A stretch of 64,000 nt of DNA, taken from Haliotis cracherodii. Taxonomy: Eukaryota. The stretch covers positions 7,626,001 through 7,690,000 of the forward strand of contig NW_027266269.1 of assembly GCF_022045235.1 (NCBI RefSeq). Reading direction: 5' to 3'. Both the position numbers and the translations under genes were made by a program. Under the pieces are notes generated by a model, which saw only the letters and a program-made list of their open reading frames with translations, did no database searches and was not told the origin of the DNA. The stretch's first letter is position 1, and each line of letters starts with the position of its first letter. Below, piece after piece: positions 14,210 to 26,165 of the stretch.

Positions 14210-14570
14210 ACATGAAATTTCAAGCTAGTATCTTGAAATTTTGAGAAAACAAAATAAAAACAAATGGCCCTAAAAGGCTTCTGTAGGCATGTGGAGATAG
14301 CAGGGTTGAATCGATATAAGTTGAAATTTCAAGATACTCTTTTGAACTTTCAAGATACAGAAGATGAAATTTCAAGATACAACGTTGGGATTTGTCTTTA
14401 TATCTTTTTCATGAAATTTCAAGATACTACGTTAAAATTTTAAGATACTACGTAAAAATTTCAAGATACTAAGTTTTTAGAGACAATTTTAAAATACATA
14501 CTCAGTTGAAAATTCAAGGTTATTATCTTGAAATTTCAACTGATGTATCTTGGAATTTTAATCCAGAAGC
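14210..14570. repeat. Foldback-like cluster of GAAATTTCAAGATAC repeats in both orientations
   Basis: About 10 direct and inverted copies are visible. Confidence 0.65.
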
Positions 14571-14958
14571 TTGCGGTACAATAATGGTTGAAAGGGTGCT
14601 GGCAGCTTAAGTCAAATTAAGGGAAGAATAGTATGCTCTTTCGAAGGAAAACAAATGTTTTATGGACAATCGAGAGCAGTGAAAAAACGGCTTCCTTCAA
14701 TACTTCTTAATCTACATATTCCTTAGTCATTAATCATGACAAAATGATTAGCTACTAAAAGCTAATGGCATTTGTGACATTTGTCTTGAAAGTTTGCAGG
14801 TTTCTTTGTGTGAGTAATTACTTTCAATGTATTATTAATTGTTTGAGTGCTCACACTGTTTCTCGGATTTCGGCTGTTATTAAGTATGTTCTAACCTTTC
14901 ACGTTTCTACTGCGCAGTCACCTGTACATACTTCTATACCAGAAACACGGATCCTCCC

Positions 14959-16569
14959 ATGATGTGGGGTATGTTGTATGCGTGGCTCCCGTTGACGTGT
15001 AGCCTGTATGGTATCGAGGGGAGGACCTCTGTTGGTATCAGATTGTGCAGAGAAGGATGCGGAACACGAATGTTAGATCAGTCTATGAAGATGATCACCT
15101 TTGTCTGCCATTTGAACACAGAGGCCAAACGCGAAACTGGAATTTCTGACAAAAACAACGAGGTGGGTGCAAGCAATGGAAAAGTAATCATAAATGTATA
15201 ATAATATGAGAAAGTTTAATATCATGCACATGAAAATGAGAGAGAACAAAATTACATTGAAGTACAACTTGTTCCGCAGTGGTTTGTGTGGAGATCCTTG
15301 CTGCCTTTGTGGTAAACATGTGAAAACTGTATCATTACTTCATGGTAGCTATGGGAATATTCTTTGCAATGATGTATGACAAAACAACGTATTGCTATTG
15401 ATTGGATCTTATGTGGCAATGACAATGTTACTCTTACTCGAAATGTGATATCACCAAACAGTGTAATTCTTCATAGTAAGGACCTGTGAACATCCGGGGT
15501 AGAGTTGATCTTCTAGTACCCATGCTTTTCGTACAGGCGACTAATGGGATTGGGTGGTCAGGCTCGGTGACTTGGTAGATGCATGTCATCTTATCCCAGT
15601 TGCGTAGATCGATGCCCATGATGTCAAACACCGGATTGTCTGGTCCAGACTCAATTATTTAAATACCGCCGACCGCATTGCTAAACAAACAAACACATAT
15701 ATTTTCCTTGTCTTCATTGAAATTCCTGCATTCTGATTAGCTAAATTGGGGTCATGTTGTAGCATTCATTTCCAAATGAATGTAAAAATATGCCACGCCC
15801 ACCGAATCGAACTACTTTTATTGTTAAGGAATGTCGGAGAATCCAAATATTACAGCCGAGGTTATTCCCTTTCTGCTCAAGTGTATTCGTCATGCACAGG
15901 ACACAGAGCGAAAGTCCTGCATATTCATTGTCCAAACAATCCTTGGAGACCGAAGGCCGAGAAGGAATGAGACGGCAAACGTACAGGCTCGCTCACAGGA
16001 TGTTTTCCCGCTCGCCCCGGTTCCACAACTTTATGTCTTCGGTTTCTTTTCCAACTAGCATGTTTCCAACTCTGTCCTCCCGTTCTCACGGAACTAATGT
16101 CTGAATCCGGCGGTAGCTGACCATATCATTTGAAATAGCCACCTTCTCCCGGACACATTTGTTCCGGCTCGTGACAGTCTGATTGATTTTTGCCTCTTGT
16201 CTTGATTGACAGGTCCTATGAACATTGTTTTGATCTTACTCTCCGTAAATTGGCTTCTGACTTTGTTGGCGTGTCAAGTTACGTGCAAGTTAAAAAATAA
16301 CCTGATTCATGTTACGCCAAAATATCTATTCCTACACCTTGAATGTTTATCAATCTCGTCATTTTTGTCTGCTTTGATATATACAACTTTTTTTGTTTAA
16401 ACTAATGTAGATAAAACATGTTTTCGTTGTCGAACTTAATTATAAGCATTGATTGTGTATTTTTTTCGGTTCATTGAGGTATGAATCTGCTACATACAGT
16501 TTGCACATCGGAGTTTCAAACAACAACGAACCGAAAAAACCTTATTTAGCGAAAAAATACACAGTCAAT

Positions 16570-16630
<61 letters not shown>

Positions 16631-19600
16631 CTGCAGGATTGTAAAGGTTATTCTTGCAGTGAATGAACATTTACTGTTGACAGAAACACGGCAACGTTTC
16701 CCAGGTGACGGGAATAACATGCATGAGCTCTACCCATCATGTGGAGCCTTGGTGCGTATTGGGTAAGTAGACTTTGTTGCAAATCACTTAAACACCCAAC
16801 AGGCAGTACTTAATCAAAGACTTCGGCATTTGGAACTCACTGGTTCAAGGCGCGGCAGCCTCATGTTCACAGTTCCGGCCCTTAATTGTACAGGATCCGG
16901 TGATTGTTTGGTAAAATAATCAATTAAAGTTATGTGTTTATGTTTCATCAAAATGACGTCTACTATGTACTTCAAACTGATTTTTCCTGCAATATATACT
17001 CATAGTTAAATGTTATTGCGATAAAGAGAATAGGTTAAAATTTAGTGGCGGTGATGGAATAATTATGATAAATGGAAAGTACACTGTCTGAAGAGAGGGT
17101 AGTCCACATGAAGAGCCGTATGCAATGGAGTTATGTCTCTCGAGGGAAGTTCACCACCATGCAGGCCTGACACATTCACTTCATTGAGGACACTAACCGT
17201 TGAAGGAACTTGGGAGTGGCATTCCGAATCTACGGATGCAAAAGCAGGAGCTCTATTTCATCCAAAACATGCCAGATTTTGAAATCCTGAAGGCCAGGCG
17301 AACACATGAACATATACTGCAGCTTAACTTAAACAGCATGCGGTCTGGCGTTATCTAGCTGCAATGTCCAGGGACGTTCTGCTGTCAAAATGGTAAAGCT
17401 GACGTCTGCACAATTTGATCCCGGTATCTCAGTGCATACAAATTCCTTATCAAGTCCTTCCTCTAGCCCTATCTCAGCCCAGGTTATAACGCCATCACCT
17501 CCAAAGTGATCACATGGCGTGATACAACGTTCGTCTCGACGTCTGTAGACATCTGTCCTGCCATCAGATCGGCGAAAAATGAAAAATGACTGGGCAACGA
17601 AGAGGACCCTTCTCCACTGACATGCTGTTCACCACAAGCGTTGTCTGCGCCACTGAGATGTCGACGTTGATGTTCCGCGGAATGGATTGGGCGTCTGACA
17701 AACGTGGCTGGTGCGGATGCTGTAGAAGTGGTCGGTTTGTCCTCGAAGATAGGCCTCTGTTGCAAAGGATGGTACCGGCTGCCAGAGTTGCTGTCTGGAA
17801 CCTGTGTCAAAGATGCCTGGTTTGAACCCATTTGTCTTGAAAAAAGGGTTTTCACGTGTGGACGGCCACTACAGGCTCGGTCTCCGACGTGTAGATGTGT
17901 TTTTGTCGCTAACGTCACCACAAGTGTCATATAGAACGTTGAATTGACGTTCGACATCACGCTGTGAGGTACCAGATTCAAGCATACCCGTGGCTCACAT
18001 TTTGTCATTTTCACTTTGGCGTGGCATTGTAAAATGTCATTATACGACCAAAAAAGTCTCTACACTTCAAGCTTAGATTGGAAATATCTAGCCTTTGATA
18101 AATGACATTTGAGGTCATTTCCCTCCACAAAATTTGCAATACAAGCAATATTTGTTAGTATGCATAGCTTCGGCTTTTTCGAACACGTATTCCCTGGTTC
18201 AAATTAAAACCTATTAACCTTTGTAGCGAAAGAAACCAACGTCACAATGACTGTCTATGAGTATATTAAGCAAACATGATGTTACATAGATCTAGTACCT
18301 GTTCACGTTGGTGTGAAATGCAACCTTTCAATGTCAAGCTGACGCCTCATGATAACAGTACAATTGTATCCACAAGTTATTAACTCCAAGTTGAAGGGCA
18401 AAACCGGAAGTATAATACAGAACCTCAATTTTTGTACTAGTCAAAGTTTGCTAAGGATCACCGCTTTAAAAGGGAATACGTCAAATTGTGTGCATCTGTT
18501 GGAATAGCCAAAGGCAATATCCCATCCCAATCTTGATTGAACCCCTCCCATAGCGGTCATGTTCAGCTATGTTGGAATTCTTAAATCTTTGTCTTCGCCA
18601 CACTTTCGGGAACAACAATCTGTCTCTGACGTGTGTTTTTGTCAGTTGCTTCATCACAAGTGTTATATAGACAAGACAGCATCTAGATTCATCAGTGCAA
18701 AGTACTGGCGCCTTTTCCAGGTCTGTCCAATCTTCAACCCAAACCAAACGTGCCTGCCTGTGAAGTCGGGTCAGTGGGGTGCGAATGCATGCCAACAGTG
18801 ACTGGCGTCAGCCTCACAGGTCATTTCTTAGTGTGGTGGCAGTCACGACGTGATGATGCAATCAGGAGAAATTTTGCAGTGTGGTGGAACGATCACAAGC
18901 ATGGGATGATGATCCAAACGTCTGGTATCAATTCCATGCTTTACTGATCACACTGTAACACACAACACATTTGCAACATGACGTTGTGTTGACCCAGTTG
19001 TCAAACAACGTCTTTGACGTTGAGGGGCATAAGTGCATCAGTTGTTGCAATCCTTAGTAGCATATGTTGTTGTGCTCTCTGATAATGATGTGAAACGATT
19101 CTTTCACGACACATCCAAACAAAGGTTTTCAAGCACCTCGTGCATATCGTACTCATCACTGCATGTCTCTGTCAAAACTTGAACTTCAGCAAACTTTGAG
19201 TAGTATATAATAACAGAAGGGACTGTATATTTCTATGCTAGCAGCGTAATAATATATTTGCAGGTGAACATAGGAACTGTTTAACATCTGTACAAGGTGA
19301 ACATATGGTCAGAGTAACGTCTTTACAGAGTAAACATTTGGCAATGTAACAACTTTATATAGTGAACATATGGGCAATGTAACATCTTTACAGGGTGAAC
19401 ATATGGGCAATGTAACATCTTTACAGGGTGAACATGTGAACAATGTAACATCTTTACAGGGTGAACATATGGACAATGTAACATCTTTACAGGTTGAACA
19501 TATGGACAATGTAACAACTTTACAGGGTGAACATATGGACAATCAACATCTTCACAGGGTGAACATATGGACAATGTAACATCTTTACAGAGTGAACATA

Positions 19601-22135
19601 TGGACAATGTAACATGTTCACGGGGTGAACATATGGGCAATGTAAAATCTTCACAGGGTGAACATTGGGTCAATGTAACATCGTCACAGGGTGAACTTAT
19701 GGACAATGTAACATCTTTACATGGTGAACATATGGACAATATAACATCTTTACAGGGTGAACATATGGACAATGTAACATCTTTACAGGGTGAACATATG
19801 GACAATGTAACATCTTTACAGGGTGAACATATGGACAATGTAACATCTTTACAGGGTGAACTTATGGACAATGTAACATCTTTACAGGGTGAACATATGG
19901 ACAATGTAACATCTTTACAGGGTGATCATATGGGCAATGTAACATTTTTACTGGGTGAACATTTTACGGAGTGGACATAGAGGTGATGTAGTATTGTGAA
20001 CATATTCTCAATGTTTACAGAGTGAATGTAATATGTAAATATAGTGACAATGTAACATTTTTTCAATTTGAACGTTTCAGAAATCGAACATCTTTACAGG
20101 ATGAATATAGTGACAATGTCACATCTTTCGAAAGTGAACGTTTGTGATATCGAACATCTTTACAGAGTGAATATAGTGATAATGTGTCCTGTTTGCAGTA
20201 CAGTGCAGGGTAGTCCACAAGAAGGGGAGTCGGCGTCTTGAAGGCAGGTCTCCGGGGCAGTACAATACCCCGGTTGTATCCAACACAGAGTACAGCTGTA
20301 CAAGACGAAGGCTTCCCAACGTGTCCCGCTGCATCACGGGGAAGGGAGGAGGCATGGAAGAGGGGGATGAAAACACCGACAGCAGCGCAAAGAAAACTCC
20401 AGAGAAAGAAGCAACGGCCAAACCAACAGGTGTACATCAACAGAACAGCTTTTATTAATATGCATGTGCATGACTGGTGTGTAGTGATCCGAAATCGTAA
20501 CTATCGTGAAAGATCTAATACTATGATNNNNNNNNNNNNNNNNNNNNNNNNNNNNNNNNNNNNNNNNNNNNNNNNNNNNNNNNNNNNNNNNNNNNNNNNN
20601 NNNNNNNNNNNNNNNNNNNNNNNNNNNNNNNNNNNNNNNNNNNNNNNNNNNNNNNAGAGCCAGGATATTTTTCCAGTCACCAGATTCGGAATATCAAAGA
20701 TGCTTTACTTACCTCACTCGTGAAAGGTGACCTATTAAAATTCTAAATCAAAGAGGAAAAAAACACTGGGTTGTTTTGTACTGTAGTCATTTTGGCATGT
20801 AGTGATTTTCGAAGGATACCAATAAACTTGTTACATATTGTCAACAGTTTCACAGTATCATGATTTTGGAAATTTAATTCGTAATACACATCAATATGTG
20901 AAAACCAATTCTGCCCCTGGTATCAATATCAATACTTTTGATTTTTCTAGGTTACATGGAGCTACAAGCTGGGAAGGACAAGATCCATGTAAAGCAGTAC
21001 AACATATGTAAGACTTGGGACCAAGCATCGCAGCAGTGTAGGACGGACGGGGGGCATCTCATAAAGACAGATACAAATGACAAGCTAAAGGCCATCTACT
21101 CTTTGCGTAAGTTACCAAGACTACAACAAATGAGCCTATGCTTTTCCGACCGACCACTTNNNNNNNNNNNNNNNNNNNNNNNNNNNNNNNNNNNNNNNNN
21201 NNNNNNNNNNNNNNNNNNNNNNNNNNNNNNNNNNNNNNNNNNNNNNNNNNNNNNNNNNNNNNNNNNNNNNNNNNNNNNNNNNNNNNNNNNNNNNNNNNNN
21301 NNNNNNNNNGAAAAGGAGTTTTTACCCGCACAGATGTCACCCTTACCATGTGAGCTTGCCTTCCCTTCCACTGATTTACCCACCCGCCAGAAACCAAGGA
21401 GAGCAGTGAAGCTGCCTCATCTGTCTCATATTTACATCTATGTGTAAAGATTCAGAGTGACATAAAAGTCAACAAGGGACGGCGTTATTTTTCCCTGTGT
21501 GTTTGATCAGGGTTACTGCATTCAAAGGTTTTTGTAAAGTGTTCGAAACGTTTGAGGGTGGACATGTTAGGTACCTTTAATAATTTCTGTCAGCAACCAA
21601 AATGATGTCCGATGCATTTCCCTGTTTTAACTTGTACGACATGTCCCCATTATGGATATGGGGAAATGTGTGGATCATGTGATATATATCAGTTCTATAT
21701 CAGATATACGTGACCCACACTGGAATAGGGAGACAGCAGCAGATGTGATATATACCCTCGATATATCAGATATACAATACCCACATTGGATAGGGGGAAA
21801 AGAGTAGATAATGTAATATATACCCTCTCTATATTCGTTATGCATGACCCACAATGTATAGGGAGACGGGAGCAGATGTGATTTATACCCTCTCTGTATC
21901 AGAAATACATGGCCAACACTGGATAGGATTAAAGGATCGTCATGATGATGACAATTACATCTGGATTGACGGACTACCTCTGAACTTCGAAAAATGGGCT
22001 GTGGGTCAACCAAGCCACAAGAGTAAGGACGGACTGCAGGAGAACTGTGTTGAAGTTGGTCACAAAGGCTTTTTTGGGTTGTTCTGGAATGACAGATCAT
22101 GTGATGGATTACTACCATTCTTATGTCAGAAATAA
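14959..22135 (+). CDS. Secreted C-type lectin (perlucin-like CTLD) with putative N-terminal degenerate PAN and Cys modules (~307 aa)
   Basis: CTLD exons 20951-21106 and 21903-22135 are firm: TWDQASQQCRTDGGHL, HWIGL, WIDG, WAVGQPS, ENCV, WNDRSC, FLCQK; phase-1 join. Putative upstream exons 14959-15183 (SP + GIRLCREGC...VCHLNTE), 16684-16762 and 20199-20429 join in frame with phases 0,1,1. These are less certain: the donor at 20430 is weak and an N-gap lies at 20528-20655. Confidence 0.7.
15483..15695 (+). mobile_element. SINE family A
   Basis: Similarity to the family. Confidence 0.75.
15720..16250 (-). mobile_element. Possible Crypton (DUF3504-type) remnant
   Basis: Minus-strand fragments WNRGERENIL and DNEYAGLSL...LEQKG resemble the Crypton/KCTD1-like motif; heavily decayed. 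Confidence 0.35.
16573..16627. repeat. (TA)n microsatellite
   Basis: Visible. Confidence 0.95.
17080..18060 (-). mobile_element. Degenerate Tc1/mariner element
   Basis: VGDRACSGRPHVKT resembles the Tc1 GRPR/HTH motif; downstream sequence resembles decayed transposase. Boundaries approximate. Confidence 0.55.
18435..19205 (-). mobile_element. Internally deleted Tc1/mariner transposon with terminal inverted repeats
   Basis: TIRs TACTAGTCAAAGTTTGCT (18435) and AGCAAACTTTGAGTAGTA (ends 19205). Transposase remnant PLTRLHRQARLVW...VLCTDESRC...VWRR...EHDRYGRGSI. Confidence 0.8.
19255..20190 (+). repeat. 33-bp minisatellite (GGTGAACATATGGACAATGTAACATCTTTACAG), ~20 good copies plus degenerate flanks
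   Basis: Directly visible tandem array. Confidence 0.95.
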
Positions 22136-22382
22136 GCGTTCAGTTATCGACAAACAGCTTCCGTTGTCTTTGGGTTCTGTATTCACAGACATACGAATAT
22201 GAACAATCCCACAGATTTGACATGGTTTCGTACACGTTTATAGCTGACCTCATGAAAAGCTGTATTTACATGGTAGTAGAAACCTGAATTACTAGGTTAA
22301 ATGTATGTGGTGCTTTTTGTAGTTTGTTTGTTTGTTTGTTGTTCACCGATTTGTGAATTACATGTATATACATATGTTCTGT

Positions 22383-22610
22383 TTTGTTCGTTTGTTGTTT
22401 AAGGCCGCACTCAGCAATATTCCAGCTATATGACGGCGGTCTGTAAATAATCGAGTCTGGACCAGACAATCCACTGAATGACATCATGAGCATCGATCCA
22501 CACAAGTGGGATATGAGGACATGCATCAACCAAGTCAGCGAGTCTGATCACCCGATCTCGTTAGTTTCCTCCTACGACAAGCAAAGTCGCCTTTAAGGGC
22601 AAGCATGGTT
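22383..22610 (-). mobile_element. SINE family A
   Basis: Reverse-complement similarity to the family. Confidence 0.8.
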
Positions 22611-23212
22611 TTGTAAGATAAACTGTCAAACTGGGTGTACAATATAACATAATGGACTTCTTAATGATTCATTTATTGTGCAATAAATCACAACACTCTT
22701 CATCATTGTGTTTGAAGGCTGGTATTTTTGTTCTTTCTTCCACAGCTTCAAAACACGCATTCTTTTATTATTATTATTTTCAGGACATGGTGTGCAGCGA
22801 ACAATTTCATTGTCTCATTATTAGATAATTTATCTCGTTGGAGAATTTGAAAAGACGTGACATATACCAGGTGAAAAGAAAATTTGTAATCTGTAATTTT
22901 GTTTGCAAACAATCCAGGAAATCTATGATTTGAGCATAATATCAGTTGCCATGACAACCTGTTTAGTTTGAAGACCTTGGAATATATAAAACATGAACAT
23001 CACTGAGATTTTTGATAACTCATATTCCACTAAAATATTCTCCGATTGTGGTCTGTCAGTCAGAAGTATTAAATCACAATAACCACATCTGACCGATACA
23101 ATTAATTTTACGTGCGGTGTGGAACAAAACCTTGCTTGGCTGGCTTTCTCCTTATGAGAGGTTCATGCTTGATGACTAAGGAGATCGGTTAATCTTTGAA
23201 AAATCAAATGAT

Positions 23213-25760
23213 TTGACACAATGGAACTTTTTTTTTTCTAAGACTGCAAAACGTCAAGCAGCAATCCTAAAAGATCCTAAAATCATAAACCTGTCTTGTC
23301 ATCCCCTCAGTGTAAATGAAGTCAGTTTACTGAAAAAAGGTTTAATGTTTACACCTACACCTACGCCCAATCAGGAGGCTATCAAAACAGACTTAAAGAA
23401 CTTTTACTCGAAAAGTGAGACTGGCTAAATATTTTCAATCTGAAGAGGACAACGACGTTAAATGGGATGATGACGCAGGCAATAGGAAATATGGTGAAAG
23501 TCTGGTGAAAAATGAATCCAGTTTTATACCTTCACGCAGGAGAGAAAAATATGTGGAAGACTTTTGTGATAGACTTGAAAGTGCTCCTCTTCATGTAAAA
23601 CAAACAAAACAAAACCTATCTGAATGTGAATTAAAGGCCTTACTATTCTTAAAAATAACACAGACATCGTTATTAAAGAAGCCGATAAAGGGGGTGCTAT
23701 TGTTATTATGAATAAATCATTTTATCAAAGAAAGATAATGTCCATTTTAATTGATGATCAATATTATAGCAATCCTAGTAAAAGAGAAGAAAAATCTGTC
23801 CAGAATAAGGTTAAGAAATTGTTAGATAAGTATGATGACGAAATTCTAGACAAAGAAAAGGACTATCTAACCAATTTTGAACCTAAAACCGCTAATTTTT
23901 ATGGCCTACCCAAAGTACATAAAAGTAAACGTATTCAAAAGGAAATTAATGATAAAAATTGTGAAGTTATTTCTATTGAAAATCCGATGATTAACCATTT
24001 AGACCAATTGTGGGAGGACCCGAGAGCTGTACTCAGCGTCTTAGCAATTTCATAGATATTAATCTTAGGCCTTTATGTAAACATGTAAACAGTTTTCTCA
24101 GAGATGACATTGATTTTTTATGTAATTTACCTACTGAGGTACCGGAAGGATCTATGTTAGTTAGTTTTGATGTTGTTAGTTTGTATGGTAATATTGAAAC
24201 TGAGCTCGGACTGGACGCTATCAGATACTGGCTGAAAGAATACCGCCATGAAATATCAGATAGATTTTCGGATGAGTTTATCATTGATGCATTGAAGTTG
24301 GTTATTACCAATAACATGTTTTATTTTTAATGGATCTTATTATTCACAAAAGAAAGGAGTAGCCATGGGTACTAAGGTAGCCCCTACTTATGCAACCCTT
24401 GTTTTGGAATTTTTAGAGAATATGTTTTATGATAAGGTGAGAGATACTCTTGGTGAATCTATGAAAGAACAAATTGAATATTCATGGAAAAGGTTTTTAG
24501 ACGACTGTTTTATCATATTAAAAACCAGTGAAAGTCAACTTACAGCTGTTCATGAAATTTTAAATTCACTTAATGCGTCACTCAATTTCACTATGGGAAA
24601 AAGCGAATCCAGTTTAACCTTTCTCGATGTAAGAATCAATTTAATATCTGGGAGATTTGTACAAACTGATATCTTTTATAAAGATACTGATACGCACCAA
24701 TATTTGGATTTCGGATGATGTCACCCGTATCATACAAAACGAAATATCCCTTACTGTCTCGCAAGACGTATTTGTACCATTGTTTCCGGGAATGATGTTA
24801 AAACTACCCGCCTTGCTGAACTTAAGAGTTTCCTACTGCATCAAAATTATCCCGCAAAGCTAATTGAAGATAGCATACAGAAGGTGCTAAGTATTAAGCA
24901 ACTAAAACTGAGAGAAAAGTCTGAAGAAAACAATATGGGGAATAATTAAACTCTAGTATCTACCTTCAACCCTAATCATGAAAAAACATTATCCATGGTT
25001 CAAAGATACCTGCCTATTTTGAATCAAAGTATTAAAATGGAGAAGATATTGAGCAAATACAAAATTATCAACAGCCAAAGACAACCAAAAAATCTTAGAA
25101 ATTTTTTGACAAGTTCTAAATTTGATTCTGTTGTCATCACTCCACAGGTTTCTAAGTGCGGTGACAAACGTTGCCTTACTTGCAGCAATATAATTGAAGG
25201 CTGTTCAGTCCAAATTACAAAGGACACTAAATTTACTGTAAAACAAAATATGACTTGTGATACTAGAAATGTTATTTACTTGATTGTTTGCAGTGGATGC
25301 AATGAAAAGTATATCGGAAAGACAGGACTTAAATTAAAAAGAAGAATGAATCTTCACCGTTCACAAATAAAGAAGCCACACAACCGCACGATTCCACTCA
25401 GCGAACATTTAGAAGCATGTGGAAACGGCAACTTTTTAGTTTTCCCGCTATATAAGCTAAATTTTTATCATGAACCTACATTGTTTCAAAAAGAGCAACA
25501 TTTCATTCATAAATACGCGCCTAAGTTAAATGTAAAGGCGTAAGTTATTTGTCCAATGTCACCTTGGTATTGTGACGTCATAGTTTCCTAAATGTTATGA
25601 CGTCACGTAACTATATGTTACTACTTCATGTCCGTTATTCAGTTATGGCCTGATGAGACTCGTACGTGGTACGAGTTGAAAGCGCTAGCCTATTAAAACT
25701 GTGTTCAATCTTACTTATTTAATTATAACTACATTGTGCCTGAGAGTTAGAACTTTGCTG
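23213..25760 (+). mobile_element. Penelope-like retroelement (RT + GIY-YIG endonuclease), frameshifted/decayed
   Basis: Consecutive ORF fragments with IINLS, LLKKGLMFTPTP, FYGLPKVHK, SFDVVSLY, MGTKVAPTYA, WKRFLDDCF, TDIFYKDTDTHQYL and the GIY-YIG motif NVIYLIVCSGCNEKYIGKT. Several stops and frameshifts. The 3' region carries a hammerhead. Confidence 0.93.
25643..25697 (+). ncRNA. Type I hammerhead ribozyme in the Penelope 3' terminal region
   Basis: GGC-CTGATGA-G ACTCGTAC gtg GTACGAGT T-GAAA-GCGC-TA-GCC: intact core, perfect 8-bp stem II, short palindromic stem III, stem I GGC/GCC. Confidence 0.8.
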
Positions 25761-25762
25761 TG

Positions 25763-25764
<2 letters not shown>

Positions 25765-25816
<52 letters not shown>
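25765..25816. repeat. (TA)n microsatellite at the Penelope 3' end
   Basis: Visible. Confidence 0.95.
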
Positions 25817-25819
<3 letters not shown>

Positions 25820-26165
25820 TTTCTCATATTCGCAAAAGACATGTCTTCAGGTTTTAGAGTCAAGTCACTGATTTATGGGTTTAACCGATTTCTTCCTCAG
25901 TTAACATACCGGCCTAATATGTGGCATTTGATCATGTGGATGACATCAGACTGGGACTGAAATAACAATTTGTCAAATTCTGCCAAATTTGTTACATTGT
26001 CTTTTTTGTTCAGCTGCTTTATTGCAAATAAATATCATGGGACGTCCCACACTCTTCTGCCTTGCACATTTTGTCACGACAATTTCCTCCAGAAACACAG
26101 CAATGTCATCATCGGCCTGACGTCATATAACACATTCGCTTGAGGTTATGTCCAACGGAAAAAGA

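Noticed and set aside
19255-19960. CRISPR-like appearance of the 33-bp and 46-bp arrays
   Set aside because: Units are contiguous with no unique spacers, there are no cas genes, and the context is eukaryotic.
19309-19980. Cys-rich repetitive ORFs (SICSPCKDVTL)n and (MDNVTSLQGEH)n
   Set aside because: Translations of a 33-bp minisatellite open in several frames on both strands; no signal peptide or unique coding flanks.
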